Notes under the pieces: model-generated
The model's database searches: none
What the model was told of the DNA's origin: nothing
What the model saw: the letters and a program-made list of their open reading frames with translations, nothing else
Assembly (NCBI GenBank): GCA_963665115.1
Contig: OY762007.1
Span: 3,936,001 to 4,000,000 of the forward strand
Source: an uncultured Rivularia sp.
GTDB lineage: Bacteria; Cyanobacteriota; Cyanobacteriia; Cyanobacteriales; Nostocaceae
DNA length: 64,000 bases
Reading direction: 5' to 3'
Shown here: positions 44,163 to 54,815 of the stretch, one piece after another
Layout: every line of letters begins with the position of its first letter
Numbering within the stretch: the first letter of the stretch is position 1
Program-made: the position numbers and the translations under genes

Positions 44163-44948
44163 ATGAAACAGCAACATTTTAGATTTTTTACCAACTTTAG
44201 AACCAGAATACCTATAGCAGCACGTACCGTTATAGCTGCTAGCGTGCTTTTATTCTTAAGCTCTGGCTGTGTAAATAGATCGCAAAATAAAGTACAGCTA
44301 GAAATACAGGGTATACAGCGAGAAGATAGCAAAGGTTTATACAAAGTTGCAGGCACTACAAATTTACCCGAATCGAGCCGTATTGCCGTTACAGCAGTTC
44401 GCTATTTGCGATCGGCCAAAGTGAATGGAGAAGAAATAGTCGGCGATAATAATAGAAATATAAACCGTTCAATTCTGGCTCGACAAATCGTAGAAGTCAA
44501 ACAGGGAAAATGGGAAGCAGACTTAAATCTTTGGCAAGTAGCACCTAATGGTAATTTTGAAGAAGTATGGCAGTTAAATAAAGACTACACAAAATTAACC
44601 CCTGAAAGTGAAGTCAGCTTTATCGCCACTTTCAATCCTGTAGGTCAATTACCAGCTTCAGATAGAGACAATTCCCAGGAAGTAACTCAGCAATACCAAC
44701 AACTTGAAGGAAAATCGCTTCGGTTTACGAATGAAGGTGAAAAATACGTACAGGCAAGCCAGTATCGCTCTATCTCATTACCTGTAGGTAAAACATCAGC
44801 ACCTCGACAATCAGAAAATTTTAATGATGGCTGGGGAAATCGATATCAACTCAAAGCTCAATCGCATTCTGCTACGGCGACTTTACCTCCCCTAGCTAAA
44901 TCCCAGCAGACTAATTCTCCTCCGTTAAGCTCGGAGTTTTTACGATAA
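44163..44948 (+). CDS. Hypothetical lipoprotein
   Basis: Lipobox-like LSSGC after a hydrophobic stretch; GTTNLPE motif; divergent from the bcs cluster. Confidence 0.75.
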   Translation: MKQQHFRFFTNFRTRIPIAARTVIAASVLLFLSSGCVNRSQNKVQLEIQGIQREDSKGLYKVAGTTNLPESSRIAVTAVRYLRSAKVNGEEIVGDNNRNINRSILARQIVEVKQGKWEADLNLWQVAPNGNFEEVWQLNKDYTKLTPESEVSFIATFNPVGQLPASDRDNSQEVTQQYQQLEGKSLRFTNEGEKYVQASQYRSISLPVGKTSAPRQSENFNDGWGNRYQLKAQSHSATATLPPLAKSQQTNSPPLSSEFLR

Positions 44949-44957
44949 TTAATTACA

Positions 44958-44980
44958 AAGCCCGCTATAGTAGCGGGCTT
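44958..44980. terminator. Hairpin terminator
   Basis: AAGCCCGCTA-TAG-TAGCGGGCTT perfect stem 10 nt after the stop codon. Confidence 0.7.
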
Positions 44981-45190
44981 AATTATTTGTAGGCAAAGAG
45001 GATAATAAAGGCTTGTAGTAAGAGTTTTAACTCTTTCTGATATTGAGGATTAGAATGCGAGGGTGTGTGAGAGGCAATGCACCATCCCATCTAATAACAA
45101 TATCAAAAGTAGCAGTAATTTATTAACTACTGCTACAAAAACATATTTGATGATTCTAAGATTTACAAACTTCCCACAACACTTAAGTTT

Positions 45191-45985
45191 TTAACCAAAC
45201 TGCACGTGTTGGGGGTTATAACTATCGTAATGAATACTAATCGTTTCGGAATCTTGGGTTTGAGCGGTATTTGCAGGTTGAGACGTTGATGGTAAATTGT
45301 TTTGCATTGCCTGCATTTGCAACATCATATCTCTGAGTTGTGCTTGTAATTGTTCAAACTCTGCTGCTGTTATGCTGGTTTGATTTGCTTGAGATACATT
45401 GGCAATTTCTTGCTTGATATCGTTTTTTGATTGAGTATATCCGAGAAAGTTTTGAGCGGAAGCAAATGCCGAGGCAGCATTAGCTGAAGTTGTATCCTGA
45501 CTTTTGACTTGAGCTTGCTGTGGTGAAATTTGTGCCTCAACTGGTTGAGATACGCTTAAGCGGTTTAAAGTCGGATAACCCTTGCTTGCTGGAGATGATG
45601 CTTGTTCCTCCAAAAAACTATTTAGCCCAGAAACTTGCAGTCGAGTTTCTGACAGTTTAAATTCCTTGAGTAATTCCTCTTTTTGCTGTAATTGCAGTTC
45701 TAATTCCGATACTTGTTGTTGAATATCAGTGGATTTACGAGACGAATTGCGCCATCCACTAATAGCTATAGCAGAAATTCCGGCTCCTAAACTGAGTCCA
45801 GTGGCAACTACTACGTAAGGTAAAGCAACATCTCTGAGCTTGCCAAAGAAAAGTGTTTCTTCTTGGAAGTTAATATTAATTTGTTTATCACCTATTACAG
45901 CCAGCGGTACTGTCATGGCTGAAAAAACAGCCGCAGAAGCTAGAACTGGAGGCAAAATAAATTTGGCTAATGCAGATAGAGACAT
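45191..45985 (-). CDS. Hypothetical membrane protein with coiled coils
   Basis: Two N-terminal hydrophobic helices and Q/E-rich heptad segments. Confidence 0.75.
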   Translation of the reverse strand: MSLSALAKFILPPVLASAAVFSAMTVPLAVIGDKQININFQEETLFFGKLRDVALPYVVVATGLSLGAGISAIAISGWRNSSRKSTDIQQQVSELELQLQQKEELLKEFKLSETRLQVSGLNSFLEEQASSPASKGYPTLNRLSVSQPVEAQISPQQAQVKSQDTTSANAASAFASAQNFLGYTQSKNDIKQEIANVSQANQTSITAAEFEQLQAQLRDMMLQMQAMQNNLPSTSQPANTAQTQDSETISIHYDSYNPQHVQFG

Positions 45986-46446
45986 ATTAAAAAGTTTAGT
46001 TATTCAAGTAAACGGTAGATGCTTCAATTACTACATTTATAACGAATGCTTTACAGCAATTAAAGTAGTAATCATTTTTTCTTCTGTGTTTCCAATCTAT
46101 TCGCTAAACACTTAGACCACAAGGCTTTAAACATAAAGAAATCGGTTTATTTAGTAAATTTTCTATAAACTCGTTTTCTTTCTTTTTTCTAAACAACCAC
46201 CTTTAAGCTTATTAAGCTTATGTTTGAACGTTTCTGGAACAAGCTGACTAGAAAATCATCTCATACTTAAGTAGCAAGTTATATTTGCCGATTCTCCATC
46301 TAAAGTGTTAATTTGTTTGTTTTATTAATCGTTTTTCTTACATAATATTTATATTTTTATGCTATAAAGATGCAAAATCATATGTAATTAAACTAGTTAA
46401 GTATCAAAGCCATACAACAATAAAATAAAACTAGACATGAGTAATT

Positions 46447-48207
46447 ATGCATATTTATCACATCTTTTTATTCTTATTTAATATCTTTAAAAAGTCTTTG
46501 ATTAATTTACTTGGGGTGTTTGCTCCTAGATGTTTCGATCCAAGTAAAAAATACCTGAATAAAAATCAACAAATTAAACCGTACAAAAATATATTGATAT
46601 TCACCATCTCCTTGATGGTTTGCTTGAATGGTAATTTTACAAACACGTCACTTTTTAACCAAGTGAACCTTGCTAGAGCAACAACCACCATGCAGTTACC
46701 ACTTTCAACCCGTGGAGCGAATATCGTTGATGCCAAAGGGAATACAGTACTACTCCAAGGTGTCAACTGGTTTGGTATGGAAACCGAAACTCACGCTCCC
46801 CACGGTTTGTGGAAGCGGGATTATAAAGATATGCTGCTGCAAATCAAGAATCTTGGCTACAATTTGATTCGCTTGCCATACTCTGTGGAAGCACTGCGAT
46901 CGCCTGAAGTTAGTGGGATTGATTTCAGCATTGGTAGCAATCGAGAACTTGAAAATAAAACTTCTATAGAAATAATGGACGCAATCGTTGAGGAAGCACA
47001 ACGTCAAGGCTTATTGATTTTGCTGGACTCCCATCGTCTCAACGATAAACGAATTCCCGAATTGTGGTACGGAGATGGTTATTCGGAAGCTGATTGGATT
47101 AATACCTGGTTGCAGCTAGCTCAAAGATATAAAAATCAAACTAACGTAATTGGTGCAGATTTAAAAAACGAACCCCATGGTAAAGCTAGCTGGGGTACTG
47201 ACGATTTAGCTACAGATTGGCGATTGGCAGCCGAACGTGCGGGTAATGCCATCGGGAATATTAATCCTGATTGGTTAATTGTTGTGGAAGGGGTGGAAAA
47301 TAATGTTCCGGGACAAAAGTTAGCTAACCATTGGCAAGGAGGTAATTTAGAAGGTGTGTTGCACTATCCGGTACGTCTATCGCAAAGAAATAAGTTAGTT
47401 TATTCTCCCCATGAGTATGGCCCAGGGGTGTACGATCAACCTTATTTTTCTGACAAGAACTTTCCCCAAAATCTTCTGCATCGCTGGCAAATCGGCTTTC
47501 ACTACATTTCTAGTCAAAACCGCGCTCCTATTTTTGTAGGGGAATTTGGCGGACGTTTGACTCATAGCAAGATAGAAGCGATTTGGCTACAGAAGTTTGT
47601 TAAATACATTAAGGAGAAAAATCTCAGTTTTGCTGTTTGGAGTTGGAATCCTAACAGTGAGGATACAGGAGGGATTCTTTTGGATGATTGGAAAAATGTG
47701 GATTTACCAAAACAACAATTAATTTCTCAACTACTTCCGGTTAAATTTACCCAGCAGCTTCCTACACCAATTAAAGAACCATTAGAACCACAAAAGCCAA
47801 AAAAAGCAGAAAGACAAATTCAGTCAGCTACTTCTATATCAAGCGAAGCAAAATTAATTGTTAAGACTGAAATTTATTCAGATTGGCAAACGGGATTTTG
47901 TACCAGTTTTAAAATTAAAAATCATAGCAACGAAGCAGTTCAAAATTGGCAACTTCAATTTAATATGAACCAAGCTAAAATTAAAAACTCTTGGAATGCC
48001 GATTTTAAACAAAGTATTGGTCAATACACCGTTACTCCTTATGATTGGGGGCAAACTATACAGCCCAACCAAGTCCGGGATGTAGGATTTTGTAGTGAAA
48101 AGCTTGGTTCTGATTATTCTCCTCAACAAATTAAATTGCAAGTTATGGAGAACGAGAAGCAGGAAACGGGAACAAGCCTGCCTTCTTCAAGTGGTTTGTC
48201 CTATTAG
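46447..48207 (+). CDS. GH5 endoglucanase with a C-terminal CBM2
   Basis: GVNWFGME, PHGLW, NLIRLP, DLKNEPH (acid/base), YSPHEYG, VGEFGG (nucleophile), WSWNPNS; CBM2 SDWQTGF...SWNA...GFC. The true start may be downstream. Confidence 0.92.
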   Translation: MHIYHIFLFLFNIFKKSLINLLGVFAPRCFDPSKKYLNKNQQIKPYKNILIFTISLMVCLNGNFTNTSLFNQVNLARATTTMQLPLSTRGANIVDAKGNTVLLQGVNWFGMETETHAPHGLWKRDYKDMLLQIKNLGYNLIRLPYSVEALRSPEVSGIDFSIGSNRELENKTSIEIMDAIVEEAQRQGLLILLDSHRLNDKRIPELWYGDGYSEADWINTWLQLAQRYKNQTNVIGADLKNEPHGKASWGTDDLATDWRLAAERAGNAIGNINPDWLIVVEGVENNVPGQKLANHWQGGNLEGVLHYPVRLSQRNKLVYSPHEYGPGVYDQPYFSDKNFPQNLLHRWQIGFHYISSQNRAPIFVGEFGGRLTHSKIEAIWLQKFVKYIKEKNLSFAVWSWNPNSEDTGGILLDDWKNVDLPKQQLISQLLPVKFTQQLPTPIKEPLEPQKPKKAERQIQSATSISSEAKLIVKTEIYSDWQTGFCTSFKIKNHSNEAVQNWQLQFNMNQAKIKNSWNADFKQSIGQYTVTPYDWGQTIQPNQVRDVGFCSEKLGSDYSPQQIKLQVMENEKQETGTSLPSSSGLSY

Positions 48208-48219
48208 TTTTAGCTGGTT

Positions 48220-48371
48220 GTAGAGACGTAAAATTTTACGTCTCCCGACAGTTGCAGAAAAAATCAACCAGTCGAAATTAATGAAAAGGATCGATAGTGG
48301 TCTTTTTCTTTAGTTCTGGATGGTTCGTTTTCTCTCAAACGTAGGGAGAACGTTATATATAACGTCTCTAC
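48220..48371. repeat. Two GTAG-type REP-like palindromes (48220-48246 and 48341-48371)
   Basis: gtagagacgtaaaattttacgtctccc and gtagggagaacgttatatataacgtctctac lie between convergent genes. Confidence 0.7.
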
Positions 48372-48499
48372 AACCCAATCGCTATTTAGCAGCAGGCAGC
48401 TATTTCCCATTCCCCGTTTCCCCAACCCTCTTAACTAAACAAAAAAAATCCCAGATATTACCTGGGATTGTTCAAAATCAAAATGTTATTAGCCCAAAC

Positions 48500-51400
48500 C
48501 TATCCTTCATCACCTGAGAAGTTGGTATCTGGTGAGAAATTGGTGTCAAGCCCAAATTCTTTCAAGTCTTCTAAAACACTATCGTTGTCGTCTGCATTTG
48601 AATCATTATTATCTTGGATTGGGGTTAAATCCTTAATAGCTTCGTTATCAGCAATTAATTCTGATGGTTCATCCAATATTGATGGCGAAGAATTTCTATT
48701 GCCAAAATCTGGAGTCATGGTTGGAGAATCCAAATTATAAGTACGAGCTGTACGGTCATCTAAAACCATATCCAAGGGGTCGTCAACTTCATCTAGTACG
48801 CTGTTGCTCATGTCGGCAGCATAGTCATCAACTATACCCATCTCTTCAAAAGCATTGAATCCCGTACCCGCAGGAATTAATCGTCCGATAATTACGTTTT
48901 CTTTCAAACCACGCAACCAGTCGGACTTACCTTCAATCGCTGCTTCGGTTAAGACACGAGTTGTTTCTTGGAAGGATGCGGCAGAGATAAAGCTATCAGT
49001 ATTCAATGATGCTTTGGTAATCCCTAACAATACTGGAGTATATTGCGCTTTAGCACCACCAGTAATTGACATTGCTTCATTTACTTGCTCAACTTGACGC
49101 AATTCAATCAATTCCCCAGGAAGCATTGTAGTATCGCCGCCATCTTCGATCCGTACTTTAGATGTCATCTGACGCACAATTACTTCAATGTGTTTGTCAG
49201 AAATCTCAATACCTTGAGATTGATATACCGACTGCACTTCATTCACCAAGAAGCTCTGCACTTTTTGCAAGGCATGGCTGGCACAAGCATAAACTCCTTC
49301 GTCGGAACCTTGGTTAAAGAATACTTCCAAGATTTCATGGGGATTGGATGGTCCATCTGTAAGGGGTTGTCCGGTTTCTACGGTTTGTCCTTCCGAAACT
49401 ACCATATTTTGTCCGGGACCAAGAGCGTAGTCGGTGACTACACCTCCAGCTTCTAGAATCTTCAGTGCGATCGCCTCGTCACCATCGCCGTAAACTGGTT
49501 TAACTTCCCCGGTTCTACGAGCTAATATACAGCCTTCTTTTGGTTTGCGAGCTTCTAGTAGTTCTTCAATTCTAGGTAAACCTTGGATGATATCCCCGGT
49601 TTTAGCGCGTTCAAATACCAACAGTACTAAGTTATCGCCGCGCTGTACCAAATCGGTATCGTCAACTTGCAGTATGGCACCGGGGCTGACTCGATAGGGG
49701 CGACCCATTCTCAAGGTAATATAATGACTTGAAGATTCACTGCTTGGTACTATAGCAACATCCCCTTCACTACTACCTGCTCCCTGCTGCCTACTCCCAA
49801 CCTTAACTACTTGTCCGGATTGTTCTGCGAATATTCCAGGAGCAATTTCCGCACCTTCTACTAGCAAGTCACCAGCTTTACAGATAGGAGCTTCATTAAC
49901 GTCAATGGTAAAGGTATCGGCAGTTCGTAATATCAAGCAGCGACGAGGTGCATCAGTGCCTACCTTTACCCCTTGAATACGACCTCCTTCTTTACACAAG
50001 ATTTGGGTACGAGCTACTACAGAACCAGGTTCTATGGTTTGCCCATCTACTACTTCCAAGTTAGTACTCGTACTACCTTGAGTCGCATCAGCGGCAATAT
50101 CGCGACGAATCACCAAAGATTCTAAAATTACCAACTGCAAGCGCTGAATTTCTGGATCGTTCTCATCCGCAACAAGCTCGATATCGGCTGCAAGAGGAGA
50201 GGTGCTATGTTCTTCCCCTTCTTGCCCAATTTCCAACACTAATTGAGTTCGCAGCAGTTCAACACCTTCTACAGACTTGATACGCTCGGAGTCTTTATAG
50301 GATATTTTTTGTACTGCTTTTAATTGAATAGAACGCCCATTTTCGTCAGTACCTGAAGTAGTGGATGGTACGTCAGGATTAGTTGGTATGGGAAACTCAA
50401 CTACGGGACGGCTCAATACTGCTGGACCTTCTGGTGTCTCTACATATTCGATATAGCGTAGTTCTGTAAAGGTAGTACCTAGAAGTTCTTCACCAGCTTG
50501 CACAAAAGTACCGTCTTTGCTCATCACTGCTTCTGGATCGTCAACCATCAGCAGTTCGCCCGGTTTGATTACCACTTCTCGCAAAATGTCGTTTTTCTGG
50601 GTGACTTCTACAACCCCGGTACTCTGGCTGTAGATATCTTTGACGACTTCATCGCCTACATTTACCAATTGTCCGTCTTCGACAATTAACAAGGAAATGT
50701 CTTTGTTAACTTCATGAGTTTCTTCGGGTATCCACAGTAAGGTACCACCCTGGACAACTTCATAACCTTGTTTTGCCTTACCCTTCTTCTGCACCTCTAC
50801 CCCAGAGAATTTCAACAATCCTCCAGTTTCAGTACGATAGCGATCGTCAATTAATTCTGCTACTACTTGGGAGTTTTGCACTTTTGTGCCGGGAGTTGCT
50901 CTCAAGTTGAATACTTGATTGTTTGCAGCAGTAATTAAATAGTTGTTGCGGCCCTGAGAACTCTGCACCGTCACCGCAGCTCGATCCAAAACTATCGAAG
51001 CAGTCATAATCTCAATTTCCCGAGTGCTTTTACCGGGAGTTGCTTCGGGTAAACGTACACCACCACCATGCTGAGAAGTCAACTGGGTTTCGGCAATTAC
51101 GCCATTGCTTTCGATACTGTCCCCGTTTTCAACTACTAATTCTGCTCCAGGAGGTAAATTGTATACCTCTCCCGACAAAATCCAAATCAAACCACCCCTT
51201 ACCGCTGTAGTGGTGGTGTTGCCTTGACGGTCAGTTTTTTGTTCTGCAACGACATCGGCAAATCTGACTTGTCCCGCAATATCAGAAGCTACATCCTTTA
51301 CAGCTTTCTCAGTATTAATTCTGGTTGTTCTCGCACCCAAAGCAACCTCAGCCAACAATTGACCCTGCTTAATTTTGGAGCCGTTGGCTACGTATAAAGT

Positions 51401-52633
51401 TGAACCTTTGGTGACGCTAATTTCCATCGCCGCAGATTTTTGACTGCCTTGGGGTTCCAAAGTCATTATGCCGTTGGCTTCGACAAACAAAGCATCTTCA
51501 CCGTGACGAGTACGGTAAGATCTGGTGCGGAATTTACCCTTGAAACGAACCGTACCATCGGCTTTAGCTCGTACCTGTTGCGCGACTTCCCCGGTAAATA
51601 CACCCCCGGTGTGGAAGGTACGCATGGTCAACTGAGTTCCGGGTTCGCCAATACTTTGAGCAGCAATAATACCTACAGCTTCACCCAAATCTACCATTTT
51701 GGCGTGTGCCAAACTCCAGCCATAGCAATGCTGACAGACACTACGTGCGGCTTCGCAAGTTAGCGGAGAACGAACTTCTACTTTTGTAATACCAACCGCT
51801 TCAATTTCGTCTGCGAGTTCTTCGGTAATCGCAGTATTGCGAGTTGCGAGTATTTCACCAGTTTCCGGATGCACTACATCTTCGTTAACAGCCCTTCCCA
51901 AAAGACGATTAGAGATCGGAATTAAAGTTTTATTTCCCTCCATCATCGCCACAACTGGAATACCACGGGATGTTCCACAGTCGGTTTCGCGGATAATCAC
52001 ATCCTGGGACACATCCACCAAACGTCTGGTCAAATAACCACTATCAGCCGTTCGCAGTGCTGTATCTACCAATCCTTTACGCGCACCATAAGAGGAAATA
52101 ATATATTCGGTAACGGTAAGTCCTTCGCGGAAATTAGTTTTAATTGGTAAGTCAATGATTTCCCCTTGCGGATCTGCCATTAGTCCCCGCATTCCCACCA
52201 ACTGACGTACCTGGGAAATATTACCCCTAGCACCGCTAAACGCCATCATGTAAACCGAGTTCAGGGGATTATTACTCTTAAAGTGACTTACCACTTCATC
52301 TTTAAGAGCTTCAGAAGTACCGTTCCAAGTATCAATTACCTTCTGAAAGCGTTCTACCTCAGTAATCTCCCCACGTTGGTAACGTTTCTCAGTAGCACGA
52401 ATTTCTTCTTCAGCAGCTTCAAGTAGCGAACGCTTAGAAGGTGGAACCATTAGGTCATCAACACTAATAGAAACTCCAGCCTTTGTAGCGTAACGGAAAC
52501 CCAAATCTTTTAACTTATCGGCCATCACCGCCGTCCGTGCGGTACCGTAATTTGTGAAACCCCACGCAATCAACTTTCTTAGTTGTTTTTTATCAACTAC
52601 GCGGTTGCGGAAAATCATGTTTTCGTCAGTCAT
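48500..52633 (-). CDS. rpoC2: RNA polymerase beta'' subunit
   Basis: [68 protein letters not shown] at 52633 chosen because the longer ORF extension runs through a repeat. Confidence 0.98.
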   Translation of the reverse strand: MTDENMIFRNRVVDKKQLRKLIAWGFTNYGTARTAVMADKLKDLGFRYATKAGVSISVDDLMVPPSKRSLLEAAEEEIRATEKRYQRGEITEVERFQKVIDTWNGTSEALKDEVVSHFKSNNPLNSVYMMAFSGARGNISQVRQLVGMRGLMADPQGEIIDLPIKTNFREGLTVTEYIISSYGARKGLVDTALRTADSGYLTRRLVDVSQDVIIRETDCGTSRGIPVVAMMEGNKTLIPISNRLLGRAVNEDVVHPETGEILATRNTAITEELADEIEAVGITKVEVRSPLTCEAARSVCQHCYGWSLAHAKMVDLGEAVGIIAAQSIGEPGTQLTMRTFHTGGVFTGEVAQQVRAKADGTVRFKGKFRTRSYRTRHGEDALFVEANGIMTLEPQGSQKSAAMEISVTKGSTLYVANGSKIKQGQLLAEVALGARTTRINTEKAVKDVASDIAGQVRFADVVAEQKTDRQGNTTTTAVRGGLIWILSGEVYNLPPGAELVVENGDSIESNGVIAETQLTSQHGGGVRLPEATPGKSTREIEIMTASIVLDRAAVTVQSSQGRNNYLITAANNQVFNLRATPGTKVQNSQVVAELIDDRYRTETGGLLKFSGVEVQKKGKAKQGYEVVQGGTLLWIPEETHEVNKDISLLIVEDGQLVNVGDEVVKDIYSQSTGVVEVTQKNDILREVVIKPGELLMVDDPEAVMSKDGTFVQAGEELLGTTFTELRYIEYVETPEGPAVLSRPVVEFPIPTNPDVPSTTSGTDENGRSIQLKAVQKISYKDSERIKSVEGVELLRTQLVLEIGQEGEEHSTSPLAADIELVADENDPEIQRLQLVILESLVIRRDIAADATQGSTSTNLEVVDGQTIEPGSVVARTQILCKEGGRIQGVKVGTDAPRRCLILRTADTFTIDVNEAPICKAGDLLVEGAEIAPGIFAEQSGQVVKVGSRQQGAGSSEGDVAIVPSSESSSHYITLRMGRPYRVSPGAILQVDDTDLVQRGDNLVLLVFERAKTGDIIQGLPRIEELLEARKPKEGCILARRTGEVKPVYGDGDEAIALKILEAGGVVTDYALGPGQNMVVSEGQTVETGQPLTDGPSNPHEILEVFFNQGSDEGVYACASHALQKVQSFLVNEVQSVYQSQGIEISDKHIEVIVRQMTSKVRIEDGGDTTMLPGELIELRQVEQVNEAMSITGGAKAQYTPVLLGITKASLNTDSFISAASFQETTRVLTEAAIEGKSDWLRGLKENVIIGRLIPAGTGFNAFEEMGIVDDYAADMSNSVLDEVDDPLDMVLDDRTARTYNLDSPTMTPDFGNRNSSPSILDEPSELIADNEAIKDLTPIQDNNDSNADDNDSVLEDLKEFGLDTNFSPDTNFSGDEG

Positions 52634-52656
52634 TTCAATTTTAGATTTTAGATTTT

Positions 52657-52749
52657 GCGGAAAGTTGATGGGTTCGGTTCCCGGAACCACTTGCGTGCGG
52701 AGCTTACCTCCGTTGAGCAAAGTGGCGTTCCCATCAAACTTTCTAAGAC
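52657..52749. mobile_element. Small dispersed element with a nested hairpin, inserted in (ATTTTAG)n between rpoC1 and rpoC2
   Basis: GCGGAAAGTTGATGGG...CCCATCAAACTTTCTAAGAC; termini homologous to 32731-32843. Confidence 0.7.
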
Positions 52750-52812
52750 AGATTTTAGATTTTGGGTAATAGGTAATGGGTTGAAAATTTTACTTTCCGT
52801 CCTCCCAATTCC

Positions 52813-54687
52813 CTAACTCGCTAATGCTTCTTGAATTGCCATGTTGTAAATAACGCGACCGGGTGTTGTATATATATACTGAGAAAGTAAATTTCCTGTT
52901 GCATCTTCTCTAACGCGACGGAACTTGTAGCGTAGAGTACGGGTACCATCTTCGTTGTCTATGACTTCTACGGGCTTTTTATCTTCTACATCTTGTTCTA
53001 CTTCGCCGTCATACCGGACGTAAACGTAGGAGTGCAAGGCAACTTGTTCTTGCTCGTAAGCCATTACTACATCTTCTAAAGAATAATAATAACCACCTGC
53101 TCCTTTGCTAGCATCGGGGTTTTCGGCGGTTAAATAATATGCTCCCAATACCATGTCTTGGCTGGGTGTAATAATCGGCTTACCAGTAGCTGGGGAAAGT
53201 ATGTTGTTGGAAGCGAGCATTAACAATCTTGCTTCTGATTGCGATTCCAAAGATAAAGGTACGTGTACTGCCATTTGGTCGCCGTCGAAATCAGCGTTAA
53301 ATGCCGGACATACCAATGGATGCAGTTGGATTGCTCTTCCTTCTACCAAAATTGGCTCAAAAGCTTGAATACCTAAACGGTGCAGGGTTGGCGCACGGTT
53401 GAGCATGACTGGGTGTCCTTCAATCACCTCTTCGAGAACATCCCAAACTTGGGGGTCCGATCTAGCGATTAATTTCTTGGCAGCTTTGATATTATTCACC
53501 ATGCCGCCTCTAATTAATCGATTAATTACAAAAGGCTGAAATAATTCGATTGCCATTTCCCGAGGCAATCCGCACTGGTGAATCTGAAGTTTGGGACCAA
53601 CTACGATTACGCTTCTTCCTGAATAATCAACCCGTTTACCCAACAAGTTCTGACGGAAACGTCCTTGTTTACCTTCAATAATGTCGGATAAGGATTTCAG
53701 CGGACGGTTATTTGCACCTACTACGGTACGTCCGCGACGACCGTTATCAATTAAAGCGTCTACTGCTTCTTGCAACATCCGTTTTTCGTTACGGACAATA
53801 ATCTCTGGTGCAAGAATTTCCTGCAATCTCGCCAAACGATTGTTACGGTTGATTACTCGACGATAAAGGTCGTTTAAATCACTAGTTGCAAAGCGACCAC
53901 CATCAAGCTGTACCATCGGGCGTAAATCCGGAGGAATCACGGGAATCACCGTCATTACCATCCATTCTGGTTTGGAGCCAGTAGCGATAAAATTATCTAT
54001 CACCCGCAATCGCTTAATTAACTTGGCTCGTTTTTGACCTTTAGCGTTAGTAATGCCTTCTCGCAGTGTTTCAGCTTCTGGTTCTAAGTTGATATCCGCG
54101 AGCAATCGCAGCAAAGCTTCAGCACCAATGCCAACTTCTACGCCTTCTAAGGTGGAATCTTCACTATAAATCTGGTCTTCAATTTCCAGCCATTGGTCTT
54201 CTGTAAGTAATTGCTTATAAGTTAAATCCGCATTCCCTTCACTCAGAACAACATAGGAATTGAAATAAACTATTTGCTCTACATCTCTTAAAGGCATATC
54301 TAAGAGAATAGAAATATAGCTGGGAATACCTTTTAGATACCAAACATGAGCTACTGGAGCAGCTAATTTGATATAGCCCATACGGTGACGGCGCACTCTC
54401 GATTCGGTGACTTCAACACCGCAGCGCTCGCAAACAATACCTCTATGGCGGACTCTCTTATATTTACCGCAATGACATTCCCAGTCTTTAGCAGGGCCAA
54501 AAATGCGTTCGCAGAACAGCCCATCCATTTCGGGCTTCAAAGTCCGGTAGTTAATCGTCTCCGGCTTAGTGACTTCTCCAACTACCTGAGAATTGGGTAA
54601 AGTCCTTTCTCCCCACTGACGAATCCGTTCGGGTGAAGCCAAGCCAATTTTTACGTAATCAAACTGATTATTTTGAGAATTTCTCAT
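52813..54687 (-). CDS. rpoC1: RNA polymerase gamma subunit
   Basis: KPETINYRT, Zn-binding cysteines, [12 protein letters not shown] and the NADFDGD catalytic motif. Confidence 0.99.
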   Translation of the reverse strand: MRNSQNNQFDYVKIGLASPERIRQWGERTLPNSQVVGEVTKPETINYRTLKPEMDGLFCERIFGPAKDWECHCGKYKRVRHRGIVCERCGVEVTESRVRRHRMGYIKLAAPVAHVWYLKGIPSYISILLDMPLRDVEQIVYFNSYVVLSEGNADLTYKQLLTEDQWLEIEDQIYSEDSTLEGVEVGIGAEALLRLLADINLEPEAETLREGITNAKGQKRAKLIKRLRVIDNFIATGSKPEWMVMTVIPVIPPDLRPMVQLDGGRFATSDLNDLYRRVINRNNRLARLQEILAPEIIVRNEKRMLQEAVDALIDNGRRGRTVVGANNRPLKSLSDIIEGKQGRFRQNLLGKRVDYSGRSVIVVGPKLQIHQCGLPREMAIELFQPFVINRLIRGGMVNNIKAAKKLIARSDPQVWDVLEEVIEGHPVMLNRAPTLHRLGIQAFEPILVEGRAIQLHPLVCPAFNADFDGDQMAVHVPLSLESQSEARLLMLASNNILSPATGKPIITPSQDMVLGAYYLTAENPDASKGAGGYYYSLEDVVMAYEQEQVALHSYVYVRYDGEVEQDVEDKKPVEVIDNEDGTRTLRYKFRRVREDATGNLLSQYIYTTPGRVIYNMAIQEALAS

Positions 54688-54696
54688 CTCGAAGAT

Positions 54697-54815
54697 TGTT
54701 AGTTGTTAGTTGTTAGTTGGTATTTGATAGAAATGGGCATAGGACATGGGGCATGGGGCATAGGTAATAATTTTCCTTTTTTACCAATTCCCAATCCCCA
54801 ATCCCCAATCCCCAA
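54697..54815. repeat. STRR-type heptamer repeats (TTGTTAG, GGGCATR, CCCAATC)
   Basis: Three short heptamer runs in the rpoB-rpoC1 spacer. Confidence 0.8.

Noticed and set aside
52634..52720. N-terminal extension of RpoC2 given by the ORF track
   Set aside because: It translates a repeat element. The conserved sequence begins at ATG 52633.
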